Shown here in pieces: positions 1 through 11,592 of a stretch of 64,000 bases of DNA (position 1 is the first letter of the stretch; each line of letters opens with the position of its first letter). The stretch comes from Macrostomum lignano (taxonomy: Eukaryota): positions 1 through 64,000 of the forward strand of contig NIVC01001855.1 in NCBI GenBank assembly GCA_002269645.1. The letters are read 5' to 3'. The position numbers were made by a program, and so were the translations under genes. The notes under the pieces are model-generated. The model worked only from the letters and a program-made list of their open reading frames with translations, was not told the origin of the DNA and did not search any database.

Positions 1-67
1 AGTTAAAACCATACTATTTCGAGTTCTCAAGCCGTTTTTTCTCACCCTCTTCCCCTTCTGGATCCAG

Positions 68-343
68 GAACCGTTTCCCCAGTCCACCTTCGCCAGCTGC
101 GGCAACCGGTTTCACAGCGGCTACGATCCGCACAAAGACCGGCTGCTGAAGCCGCCCTATTCTTTCTCCTGCCTCATCTTCATGGCGCTTGAGGCGGCGC
201 CAAACAAGTGCCTACCGGTGCGCCGCATCTACCAGTGGATTGAGCAGAAGTTCCCATTCTACCGCCAGGCTCAGAACGGCTGGAAAATTCCGTCAGACAT
301 AACTTGTCTCTGAATAAGAGCTTTACGAAAAGTGCAGCGGGAT
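68..343 (+). CDS. FoxN2/3: FoxN2/3-type forkhead transcription factor, forkhead exon (N-terminal part of the domain), with two compensating 1-bp indels; gene start lies upstream of the window
   Basis: Acceptor ccag|68, donor 343|gtaagt. Translates EPFPQ...KPPYSFSCLIFMALEAAPNKCLPVRRIYQWIEQKFPFYRQAQNGWK, then NSVRHNLSLNKSFTK in a shifted frame, then VQRD back in the original frame. Confidence 0.9.
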
Positions 344-399
344 GTAAGTAGTGTATTGTGTACTCATTCTTTCATTTTGTTGCATGCACTGTGGGTCTT

Positions 400-1090
400 T
401 TGAATGTCAGTCTTTATTTGCGATCTTTGTGGAATTCATACTCTGTATTAGGGATTTTTGGGATTTCAAATTCTGTGTATTGGGGATTTCGGGATACCAT
501 AATTCATATTCTGTATTGGGGATTTTTGGGATTTCATATTCTGTGTATTGGGGATTTTTTTTTAGATTTCATAATTCATATTCTGTATTGGGATTTTTGG
601 GATTTCATATTCTGTGTATTGCAGATTTTTGGGATTTCATATCCTGTTCGTTAGGGATTTTTTGGATTTCATATTCTGTTTATTGACGATTTTTGGGATT
701 TCATATTTTGTGTATTGGAGATTTTGGGATTTCATATTCTGTGTATTGGGATTTTGGGATTTCATATTCTGTATTGGGGATTTTGGAATTTCATATTGTG
801 TATTGGGAATTTTTTAAATTTCATATTCTGTATATAGGAAATTTTTGGGATTTCATATTGAGTTCATTGGGGATTTTGGGATTTCATATTGTTTGTATTA
901 TAGGGATTTTTTGGATTATATATTCTGCGCATTGGGGACTTTTGGGATTTTATATTCTGTATTGGGGATTTTCGGGATTTGTATTATTTCATATTGTATA
1001 ATGTGAATTTTTAGGATTTTATATTTCATTTTTTGGGGATTTTTTGGATTTCACATACGAGTACTGTCTTGGGGATTTTTTGGATTAAGA
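400..1090. repeat. Degenerate ~30-bp intronic tandem repeat
   Basis: Recurring ttttgggatttcatattctgtgtattgggga-like units. Confidence 0.85.
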
Positions 1091-1121
1091 ATATAATATA
1101 ATAATGATAAATTCGCCACAG

Positions 1122-1361
1122 ACTTCGGCCAAAGGCTCCCTGTGGACCATCGACCCCATGGCCAGGGCTGGCATGCTGCAGGCGCTCAAGAAGACCCCCT
1201 ACCATCCCTACGCTCAGGTGCAAATGTTCAGCGCCACCGGCACCATGTACAAAACTGGCGGCGGTGGAATGAGACGCGAAGCCAAGTCGCCGCTGCCCCT
1301 GCAACAGCAGCAGCAGCAAGGCTCCAGTTACAGTAGCGTGTTAGGCACCATGCTCTTCTAG
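1122..1361 (+). CDS. FoxN2/3: FoxN2/3 exon completing the forkhead domain
   Basis: Acceptor cacag|1122, phase 0, matching the previous donor. KGSLWTIDP...[11 protein letters not shown] matches the FoxN2/N3 signature (human FOXN3 KGSLWCIDP...[11 protein letters not shown], recalled). 3' end unresolved: this frame stops at 1359-1361. Confidence 0.85.
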   Translation, partial: TSAKGSLWTIDPMARAGMLQALKKTPYHPYAQVQMFSATGTMYKTGGGGMRREAKSPLPLQQQQQQGSSYSSVLGTMLF

Positions 1362-1375
1362 CTCACAGCTCCGCT

Positions 1376-1567
1376 ATGGTCAAAATGGACGACAATGTCA
1401 GTAGCAACTGCGATGACGAACTCGCCAGCGTCTCTGATATCCAGCAGCAGCAGCAGCAGCAGAGAATGCAGTATCACCCCAATGTGAACAGTTTCAAAGG
1501 TCACGTGACGCCTGTCAAAGGGCCGCCGACTTTGAAGCAGCCTTCGCCTTCGGAGTCCCAGCCGCTG

Positions 1568-1599
<32 letters not shown>

Positions 1600-1761
1600 A
1601 CAGCAGCAGCCTGCGATTAAGTCGGAAACCTTCGATGAGGCAGATGAGGACAAGAGCAAGCAGCGCCAGCGCTGCCGTAAGCAGGACTTGCTGCCGTCAG
1701 CGCATCTCTACCCGTTTCTGGCCGCGAAAATGAAACGACTGGTGCACATTCTTGGGATCAG
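1376..1761 (+). CDS. FoxN2/3: Probable FoxN2/3 poly-Q/acidic coding segment
   Basis: GC-rich ORF with CAG poly-Q tracts ending at strong donor atcag|gtgagc (1761/1762). Its link to the preceding frame needs an indel or a short intron. Confidence 0.55.
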
Positions 1762-1769
1762 GTGAGCTG

Positions 1770-2333
1770 CTAAAGACATCTAAAAACAAATCTAGCGGTA
1801 CATCTAGAGACAAACCTAGCGATACATCTAGAGACAAATCTAGCAATACATCTAGAGACAAATCTAATGATACATCTAGAGACAAATCTAGCGATACGTC
1901 TAGAGACTAATCTAGCGATACATCTAGAGACTAATCTAGCGATACAACTGGAGACTAATCTAGCGATACAACTGGAGACTGATCTAGCGATATATCTAGA
2001 GACTAATCTAGCGATACATCTAGAGACTGATCTAGCGATATATCTAGAGACAAATCTAGCAATACATCTAGAGACTAATCTAGCTACATCTAGAGACTGA
2101 TCTAGCGATATATCTAGAGACTAATCTAGCGATACATCTAGAGACTGATCTAGCGATATATCTAGAGACAAATCTAGCAATACATCTAGAGACAAATCTA
2201 GCGATACATCTAGAGACAAATCTAGCGATACATCTAGAGACTAATCTAGCGATACATCTAGAGACTAATCTAGCGATACATCTAGAGACTAATCTAGCGA
2301 TACATCTAGAGACTAATCTAGCGATACATCTAG
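1770..2333. repeat. 24-bp intronic minisatellite
   Basis: Unit ctaatctagcgatacatctagaga. Confidence 0.95.
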
Positions 2334-2363
2334 CTCACTCGTCTTCCACCAATCATCCTAAAG

Positions 2364-3023
2364 GCCGCAGACGGTCAGCAACTGGCCGGCTCAGACGCCA
2401 CCAGCTTGCGCGAACTTCGCCGACAACGCGGCGACATTGTCGACGTCGACGTCGACGAAGACGAAGACGACGATGAAGACGAAGACGGCTACGTAGAGAT
2501 CGAGCAGCCAATCAAGCGGCCGCGCGGCCGGCCCCGCAAAGACTGCGCCCAGATGTACCGCCTGCTGCCGCCCGCGCGCCTGCTGAAGAAAAAGAAGCGC
2601 AAGCGCCGATCGTCGGGCATGCCGTCCGTCAATCAGCTGGTCGCCGCCGCCCAGATGGCCCAGATGAAGCGGGCAGCCACCGCCGCCACGGCCGCCACCG
2701 CCACCGCCACGGCTACCGAAGCCAAACCTGCCGTTTCGAATGCTACTATTAGTAGTGCTGCCACTGTCTCAAATGATACTAGTGACAATGCCAAGGCCGC
2801 CAATGACAAGCCGGCTAGCGACGCCGCTGCTCAATCGTCTTCCTCTTCCAAAGCTAAGCTGCCCGACGCTCGCGCGCTCTATTTGAAGTATCGATGCCAG
2901 AGTAGCGACGACGCGTCTGCGGCGGCGACAACGACAACCGACGCTGCTGCCGGCGAAGCGACGGTGCAGCCGCGACGACTGCCGCCTGTCTGTTGGCGGA
3001 TTGGCCGAGACGCGGGATAAAAT
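2364..3023 (+). CDS. FoxN2/3: Probable FoxN2/3 exon with acidic run, AT-hook-like KRPRGRPRK and basic KKKKRKRR NLS
   Basis: ORF 2406-3020 is GC-rich and low complexity. Candidate acceptor aaag|2364 and donor aat|gtgagc at 3023/3024; phases do not reconcile without a further indel. Confidence 0.5.
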
Positions 3024-3049
3024 GTGAGCGATTTTTTAACCTTTTGTAA

Positions 3050-3290
3050 CGATATGTATCGAAAAAGCATAGCGTTTATGACAAACGAAGCTCACTTGAT
3101 AGTAAAAAATTTGCCGATATGTATGCGAAATTATTTCGCAAAATTGAAGAATCGATATTTATTGAAACTTTATTTTTACTACAGACAAAGTTTAAGGGCC
3201 GATATGTATCGAAAGTTACTTTTACCATTATGTTAAATTAATAAAAGCTATTATAGCAGCTTTGCACTGCCGATATGTATCGAAAGTAGC
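3050..3290. repeat. Degenerate ~70-bp-period repeat (4 copies)
   Basis: Core cgatatgtat(g)cgaaa at about 3051, 3115, 3200 and 3271. Confidence 0.7.
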
Positions 3291-3319
3291 TTATTACTCA
3301 CAAATGCTCGCACCCGCAG

Positions 3320-3611
3320 CCCGATCGAGGAAGCCTCGGTCCTGGCCAGTCTGGCATTGAACGGCGCCACCAGGGAGTCGCAGCCAAGCAGCGAGCCCAT
3401 CGGCACCGCCAACAGCGCCAAGCAGCCACCTGTAGTGGCTTCTCCTATTGTCGTTAAATCGTCAGCTGCGTCGTCTCTGATTGGCTCTCGAGTTCATATT
3501 GTGACGTCATCAGCGAGTCGCTCAGCTTCCGCCGCTGGCTCTGGCAGATTCTCCATCGCCAATGGTGGCAGCGGCATTGTAGTGAAATTGGCCGGTAAAC
3601 CCCTGAATTAA
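3320..3611 (+). CDS. FoxN2/3: Probable terminal FoxN2/3 exon
   Basis: Acceptor cccgcag|3320. Frame reads PIEEASVLASLALNG..., resembling the FoxN3 C-terminal EAAxxLLxLA motif (recalled). Stop TAA at 3609-3611. Confidence 0.45.
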
Positions 3612-3783
3612 ATCAGATATTATTTGTTTTACCTAGTCGTTGGTTTTCCCCGATCGAATGCATGAGAAAGAGTCATTGAATTTTTTATTACTTTCTTTTT
3701 AAACGTTTATCTGTTCTGATCGTCACAGGTAGTAATAATACTATTATTATTAGTTTTTGTTTGATTCGGTCTTGAATAGCTGA

Positions 3784-4827
3784 CAGTAATTGGGGTTTAC
3801 CTGGATGAGTTACAGTGATTGGGTTTACCTGGATGAGCTACAGTAATTGCGGTTTACCTGGATGAGTTACAGTAATTAGGGTTTACCTGGATGAGCTACA
3901 GTAATTGGGTTTACCTGGATGAGTTACAGTAATTGGGGTTTACCTGGATGAGCTACAGTAATTGCGGTTTACCTGGATGAGTTACAGTAATTGGAGTCTA
4001 CCTGGATGAGCTACAGTAATTGGGGTTTACCTGGATGAGCTACAGTAATTGCGGTTTACCTGGATGAGTTACAGTAATTAGGGTTTACCTGGATGAGCTA
4101 CAGTAATTGGGGTTTACCTGGATGAGTTACAGTAATTGGGGTTTACCTGGATGAGCTACAGTAATTGCGGTTTACCTGATGAGTTACAGTAATTGGAGTC
4201 TACCTGGATGAGCTACAGTAATTGGGGTTTACCTGGATGAGTTACAGTAATTGGGGTTTACCTGGATGAGCTACAGTAATTGCGGTTTACCTGGATGAGT
4301 TACAGTAATTGGAGTTACCTGGATGGTTACTATAATTGCGGTTTACCTGGATGAGTTACAGTAATTGGGGTTTACCTGGATGAGTTACAGTAATTGGGGT
4401 TTACCTGGATGAGTTACAGTAATTGGGGTTTACCTGGATGAGTTACAGTAATTGGGGTTTACCTGGATGAGTTACAGTGATTGGGGTTTACCTGGATGTG
4501 TTACAGTGATTGGGGTTTACCTGGATGTGTTACAGTGATTGGGGTTTACCTGGATGTGTTACAGTGATTGGGGTTTACCTGGATGTGTTACAGTGATTGG
4601 GTTTACCTGGATGTGTTACAGTGATTGGGGTTTACCTGGATGTGTTACAGTGATTGGGGTTTACCTGGATGAGTTACAGTGATTGGGGTTTACCTGGATG
4701 AGTTACAGTGATTGGGGTTTACCTGGATGAGTTGCAGTAATTGGGGTTTACCTTGATGAGTTGCAGTAATTGGGGTTTACCTTGATGAGTTACAGTAATT
4801 GGGGTTTACCTGGATGAGCTACAGTAA
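3784..4827. repeat. 29-bp minisatellite between FoxN2/3 and FLCN
   Basis: Unit ttggggtttacctggatgagttacagtaa. Confidence 0.95.
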
Positions 4828-6039
4828 AAGCGACTGATAAACGAGTGTTGTGCAGTTTAAAGGTGACTCCAACTCCAAAACAGATCATACCCGATTTTGT
4901 TGTATTAGTTTATCTGCTGCCAAACTATTTTCAAACGAGGTTTATAGTTGTTAGAAAAACTTATTTTATAGTTAGTGCAATACAATCATTAGTCAGACTG
5001 TGCAATTATCAGTCAGACCCTTAACCACAATATTTTTGTTTGTCTGTTTGCGCTATTTTTTAGTAGGACAAAACGTACTCTTTTTTTCCCTGCTTTTTAT
5101 TGCTATATGTATTGTTTGTTGTACCGCTTATGCCGTTGTACTGTATATATTATTACTTAGTATTTATTTTGACAACGCAATTAACATATGTACTTTAATA
5201 ATAATTTATTTTTCTCATCAATGGCCTTCTGTTTATAATCGCAATCGTTTTTGCTGCCCAACTTATGAAACAAAGTCATTATTATTGTTTATTCAAATTT
5301 TACAAAGTCTACTATTATCTTCCTTACTACCTAATTAATAATGCTTCCTGTCTACCGTAGTAGTATGTGAAGTATTTTATGGCCTATTTTTGCTTTACAT
5401 ACGCCTATCTATTTGTAAATTGTCTTCTTAGTTTGGCTCTCTGTTTTCGTTTGACTCACCAGCTGCTAATTACCTTAGTAATCTCTTTGAGCCCTAGCAG
5501 CAAACGATAAAATATAAGCAAAATTTGTTCTGTACATATTTTCGATTAGTTCAGCGTGTATTTTCAGCATAGTGAACTAATTAACTAGTTATTAGTACCT
5601 GCCTGCTGCTCAATTAGTCTCCTATTAACTGCAATAATAATAATCAATTTATTGATCTCTGATGCAAAGCCTGTCCTCCAATATATTTTGTTTTTTTACC
5701 AACTTTTTGAAACTACAAGTTGCGCACAAGCTGATTTGAATTATCTAACTATTTTAAAGTCAGTATGGTGCTTCATCAAGTTCTTCAATAAAGCTGAATA
5801 TGACTACAACACTTAATTTATTACTGCTTTGTAATATAGGTCGAAATATATTGGACTAGTTGTAGTATAAAGCTTGGAAAGCAAAATTACTGTATTATTT
5901 CAAATTAGTCATTATTCAGTGTTGGTTTTTTGTATGCATTTCCTTGATATTGTTATAAAATAGGGCTTGTTTGGTCCAATCCAAAGTACTAATATTCATA
6001 AATATTAACTTATCGATCTGGTCTATTCCGTATTTTGTA

Positions 6040-6800
6040 TTACAATCAACCCCACTTCGTCGCTTTTATAGGGCTGCTGTAGGCCTGTTGTTATTGATAA
6101 TTACCGATAGGGTCGGCCTCTCAGCCCCACCCTCCTGTTCCTTTTCGGCCAACCCCATTTTATTGATTTTTATAGCGCGTGCTGTGAACCCCACCCCACC
6201 CTGTCCTTCCTATTCCAGTCAACTCCAGCGTGTGGGATGGTTATCGATTATTTGGTCTGCCTCTCGACCCCGCCCCCTTCTTTCCACTCCAGACAACGCT
6301 TATCTTTGCTGTTTTATAGCGTGTGCTGTGATGATCGATTATATGGCTCTGCCAACCAAACCCTCTCAATAGTCTGGCCAACCCTATTCTATTGATTTTT
6401 ATATCGCGTGATGTCATTATCGATCCATTTATCGGCTCTCTCAACTCACCCACTTTCCTATTCCAGCCAACCTCACTTTAACGCTACTACTTTACAATGT
6501 TTGCTGTGGTTATCGATTATCTGGTCTTCCTCTTTAGTCTCAACCCTTTCTTCTTTTCTGACCAACCCTATTCTATTGCTTTTTATTGCGCGTGATGTAG
6601 TTATCGATCCACTCACTTATCTGCTCTCTCAACCCACACCCTCTTTCCTATTTTAGCCAACCCCACTTTTTGTGCTACTGTGGGGTTAACTGGTCTTCCT
6701 CTCGAGTCTCAACCCTACCCTTTCTCCTTGCCGGGCCTCCCCATTTTATTGCTTTTTATCGCGCGTGCTGTTTTTATTGATCTTCTTGTCCATTGTCCAA
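6040..6800. repeat. Highly degenerate long-period (~180-230 bp) repeat
   Basis: Core aaccc(c/t)att(t/c)tattg(a/c)tttttat..cgcgtg(c/a)tgt at about 6151, 6381, 6564 and 6739. Confidence 0.6.
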
Positions 6801-7023
6801 CCCTACCCCTCTATCTTAACCACACCTACATCGCTGTCTATAGGGTGTGCCTGTGGCTATCATTTTCTTGTCTTCCTCTCAACTTCATCACCCCCTCTTT
6901 CTTATCCCTACGACAAGTAGTGAGTGAGCTTGAGAACTTGATAATATCTATTTGATTGGCACTTAAAACCGGAGCACTTAATTGGTTTTTATTATTTCTA
7001 AATCTCAATCCGAAATCTTTCAG

Positions 7024-7875
7024 AACTGTCTCATTGCGCTAACACACTTCTGCGAGGACCACGGTCCTTCAGTAGTGCTATGCATGCAGGTCATGCAACA
7101 GCTGCCCAGCAGCTCCCGTCAACTGCTGGAGGTGGCGCCGACTCCGCCATCCCCAGCCCGAGCCGAGGAGACACTGTTGACCCAGCAGCAGCCTCCGCCC
7201 GCATCCGTGTGCTTCCCAGTTGTCGCCTGCCCTTCCTGCCGATCCATGCCGCCAAACATTCTGGCTATGCACACCGAGGACGCCTCTGCCGGGGTGCACC
7301 TGGTCTCCAGTCAGCACCCCACCTGGCCTAGCCAGTTGTACAGCCGTCTCCGTCAGGCCTGCCTTCGCGTGCACTCCTGCGAAGTTTGTCCAACTAGCGC
7401 CATGTACTTTGGCGACCCGGTCAATGGTCACGTGATGGGCTCGCCGTTTCAACTGGACGATGCCAAGGCTCGGGGTCTGACTAGCCAATACGCTGTCGTT
7501 GTGATGTCCACCGACAGTCGCATGCTGTTGCAGGCCTGGCCTTGGCTGGTGGCTCAGATTGGCAGGATTAGCGGCGCATTGAAGCAGATGGCTACTGCAC
7601 AGTTTCAAGCTGAGCAGCTGCGTCAGGGCAGCGCCAAGGCGACTCGAATCAACGGCTCGAGCTGGTTGAGAATGCGCCGGTCGGATAATCCAGCTAGGTC
7701 ATTGGCTCAGCTCACCGGCGACCCGGCCGTGTTCAAGCGGCTTCATCTCTGGTTCTCCTGGATGCTGCGCGGCTGGCAACGGGAGGAGATTCGGGTGGGC
7801 CGGCCGACTGAGGACGAGCTGGTGGAGGAACTGCAGATGATGGCCGCTGATCAGGACTGCCTGCTGGATAGCGAG
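7024..7875 (+). CDS. FLCN: Folliculin, first coding exon (longin domain); lacks an in-frame genomic ATG
   Basis: Acceptor tctttcag|7024, then NCLIALTHFCEDHGP (human FLCN MNAIVALCHFCELHGP); LRQACLRVHSCEV, MYFGDPVNGHV and LDDAKARGLTSQY follow folliculin motifs. Donor gag|gtgctc at 7875. Confidence 0.92.
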
Positions 7876-8180
7876 GTGCTCATGGGTCATAGTTGAGCTT
7901 TTCAGTGGTCATGGTTTAGCTGCAAGATTGTTATGGATTATGCAGACTCATGAATGATAATGTAGATTTGCTCATAGGTCATAGTTTTACTTTCCTCATA
8001 GGTCATAATTTAAATTCGCTCGTAGGCCATAGTTAAAATTCGCTCATAAGTCATGGTTTAAATTCGCTCATAGGTCATAGTGTAAAATCGCTCATAGGTC
8101 ATAGTTTAAATTCGCTCATAGGTCATAGTTTAAAATCGCTCATAGGTCATAGTTTAAAATCGCTCATAGGTCATAGTGTA
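7876..8180. repeat. ~24-25-bp intronic minisatellite
   Basis: Unit cgctcataggtcatagtttaaaat. Confidence 0.85.
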
Positions 8181-8239
8181 ATTTCATTTAGCTACCGTAA
8201 GCACAATTGTAAATCTACTGTCTACTCAAACCTTCTCAG

Positions 8240-8400
8240 GATTCCGAGGACGAGGGCACCAGAACGGTGGTGCCAACTCCAACCGCTCCCACGGTTTGCA
8301 AACCCGCTGGCGGTAACGCGGTGGTCAGCATCGTGTTCCACTCGCTCAGGCACATCAGGCAGCGGCTAAAACGGGTGCCTGTTACCAACTTGATTGACAG
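8240..8400 (+). CDS. FLCN: Folliculin exon 2
   Basis: Acceptor ttctcag|8240 (phase 0), VFHSLRHIRQ motif, donor ag|gtatga (phase 2). Confidence 0.85.
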
Positions 8401-8446
8401 GTATGATGGAGTACAATGTGCTAAGCTGCATTGCGCAAAGGAACTG

Positions 8447-8718
8447 GTGGATTGCTAATCTAGCCAACTTGACGATTGTAAAATGGATTGCTAATCTAGC
8501 CAACTTGACGATTTTAAAATGGATTGCTAATTTAGCCAACTTGACGATTTTAAAATGGATTGCTAATCTAGTCAACTTAATGATTTTAAAATGGATTGCT
8601 AATCTAGTCAACTTGACGATTTTAAAATGGATTGCTAATCTAGTCAACTTAATGATTTTAAAATGGATTGCTAATCTAGCCAACCTGACTATTGTAAAAC
8701 GGATTGCTAATCTAGCCT
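8447..8718. repeat. 36-bp intronic minisatellite
   Basis: Unit tggattgctaatctagccaacttgacgattttaaaa. Confidence 0.95.
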
Positions 8719-8738
8719 ATTACACCATCTCCCCGCAG

Positions 8739-8960
8739 GTCCGTGTCAGTGCTGGACCCGGACTCGCCGCAGCTGAGTCTGCACAGACAGCCGCACATCT
8801 TCCTCCTCCTCCTGTACCACCTGGTCACCGGCAATCAGATTGTGTTCCGCACCAACCTGCCCGCTCTGGCCGCCTCATTTTTCAAGCTGATGCGACAGAT
8901 TTTGCCGCACAACTGCGTACAAGAGGTGCTGAATTCCAGCGTGTATGAAGAGCCTTACAG
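8739..8960 (+). CDS. FLCN: Folliculin exon 3 (DENN module)
   Basis: Acceptor ccccgcag|8739 (phase 2), LLYHLVTGNQIVFR...YEEPYR, donor ag|gtgagt (phase 2). Confidence 0.9.
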
Positions 8961-8994
8961 GTGAGTCTGGTATGTCATTTTCATTCCTCATTAG

Positions 8995-11040
8995 TCAATG
9001 ACTCATTTCCAACCAATCATCACCAATCAATGACTCATTTTCAACTAATCATCGCAAATCAATGACTCATTTTCAACTAATCATCGCAAATCAATGACTC
9101 ATTTTCAACTAATCATCGCAAATCAATGACTCATTTCCAACTAATCATCGCAAATCAATGACTCATTTTCAACCAATCATCACCGATCAATGACTCATTT
9201 TCAACTAATCATCGCAAATCAATGACTCATTTTCAACTAATCATCGCAAATCAATGACTCATTTCCAACTAATCATCACCAATCAATGACTCATTTTCAA
9301 CTAATCATCGCAAATCAATGACTCATTCCAACTAATCATCGCAAATCAATGACTCATTTTCAACTAATCATCGCAAATCAATGACTCATTTTCAACTAAT
9401 CATCGCAAATCAATGACTCATTTCCAACTAATCATCGCAAATCAATGACTCATTCCCAACTAATCATCGCAAATCAATGACTCATTTTCAACTAATCATC
9501 GCAAATCAATGACTCATTTTCAACTAATCATCGCAAATCAATGACTCATTTCCAACTAATCATCGCAAATCAATGACTCATTTCCAACTAATCATCGCAA
9601 ATCAATGACTCATTTTCAACTAATCATCGCAAATCAATGACTCATTTCCAACTAATCATCACCAATCAATGACTCATTTCAACTAATCATCACCAATCAA
9701 TGACTCATTTTCAACTAATCATCACCAATCAATGACTCATTTTCAACTAATCATCGCAAATCAATGACTCATTTCCAACTAATCATCGCAAATCAATGAC
9801 TCATTTTCAACTAATCATCGCAAATCAATGACTCATTTTCAACTAATCATCGCAAGTCAATGACTCATTTTCAACTAATCATCGCAAATCAATGACTCAT
9901 TTCCAACTAATCATCGCAAATCAATGACTCATTTCAACTAATCATCGCAAATCAATGACTCATTTCCAACTAATCATCGCAAATCAATGACTCATTTTCA
10001 TTTTCAATCAATCATCACCCATCAATGACTCATCTTTAATCAATCATCCTAATCAAAAACTTATTTTTAACCAATCACTATCAATCAATGACTCATTTTC
10101 AACCAATAGTCACCAATCGATTACTCTTTAATCGCCTCAATGACTCATTTTCAATCGATCATCGTCAGTCAATGACTCATTTTCAATCGATCATCAGCCA
10201 ATAACTCATTTTCAATCGATCATCGTCAGTCAATGACTCATTTTCAATCGATCATCGTCAGTCAATGACTCATTTTCAATCGATCATCAGCCAATGACTC
10301 ATTTTCAATCGGTCATCAGCCAATGACTCATTTTCAATCGATCATCAGCCAATGACTCATTTTCAATCGATCATCAGCCAATGACTCATTTTCAATCGAT
10401 CATCGTCAGTCAATGACTCATTTTCAATCGATCATCGTCAGTCAATGACTCATTTTCAATCGATCATCAGCCAATGACTCATTTTCAATCGGTCATCAGC
10501 CAATGACTCATTTTCAATCGATCATCAGCCAATGACTCATTTTCAATCGATCATCAGTCAATGACTCATTTTCAATCGATCGTCAGCCAATGACTCATTT
10601 TCAATCGATCATCAGTCAATGACTCATTTTCAATCGATCATCAGTCAATGGCTCATTTTCAATCGATCATCAGCCAATGACTCATTTTCAATCAATCATC
10701 AGTCAATGACTCATTTTCAATCGATCATCAGCCAATGACTCATTTTCAATCGGTCATCAGCCAATGACTCATTTTCAATCGATCATCAGCCAATGACTCA
10801 TTTTCAATCGATCATCAGCCAATGACTCATTTTCAATCGATCATCAGCCAATGACTCATTTTCAATCGATCATCAGTCAATGGCTCATTTTCAATCGATC
10901 ATCAGCCAATGACTCATTTTCAATCGATCATCAGTCAATGACTCATTTTCAATCGATCATCAGTCAATGACTCATTTTCAATCGATCATCAGCCAATGAC
11001 TCATTTTCAATCGATCATCAGTCAATGACTCATTTTCAGT
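8995..11040. repeat. Bipartite intronic minisatellite (32-bp units, then 29-bp units)
   Basis: aatgactcattttcaactaatcatcgcaaatc up to ~9990, then aatgactcattttcaatcgatcatcagcc from ~10140. Confidence 0.95.
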
Positions 11041-11081
11041 CATTGTCAGTCACTGACAAATTTGCAATTTCCAAACCGCAG

Positions 11082-11592
11082 GTGCAACTTCCTTGGCCTG
11101 GCCTGGGAGGCGGTCATCCCGGACATTGTGCTCACCGATCCCGTCAGCCATCCGATGCTCGTGCTGGAATGCCGCGCTGACCTTCGCAGCCTGGCAGCCG
11201 AATCCTTTGCCTCTGTTGACGACCTGGCCGTGAGCTGCGCCACCAACTGCCCCGTGCCCAGCAGCGCCTACAACTCCCTGCTGGGACTGCCCGGACTTAT
11301 CGACGAGCTGGACAAACTGCTGGACAGTCAGCAGCTTCCAGATGAAGCTCTGGACCTGCTGGTCACCAACGTCAAGGAGGACTGGTTGAACAGGGCAAGA
11401 CAGTTTTTCACCTGCTGCTACGTGCAAGGCGCTCAGCAGCAGCAGCTGAGCAATGCGCAGGTCTCTGAACTGCTCGACAGCCTGGGCTGCTCGCGTAACG
11501 ACGAACTGGTGCTGAAGTTCTGGACTAGAGGCCTGGCCGCCACCAGCAGGAGGGAGATTCAAGGCCTGGGTGGTAAGGTTGGTAGTAGGTAG
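11082..11592 (+). CDS. FLCN: Folliculin terminal exon
   Basis: Acceptor ccgcag|11082, RCNFLGL...VLKFWTRGL, stop TAG 11590-11592. The four exons total 1746 nt = 581 residues plus Met, similar to human FLCN (579 aa). A donor near 11574 cannot be excluded. Confidence 0.88.

Noticed and set aside
351-1001. Hydrophobic ORFs of 67-111 aa
   Set aside because: They are translations of the degenerate intronic repeat inside FoxN2/3 intron 1.
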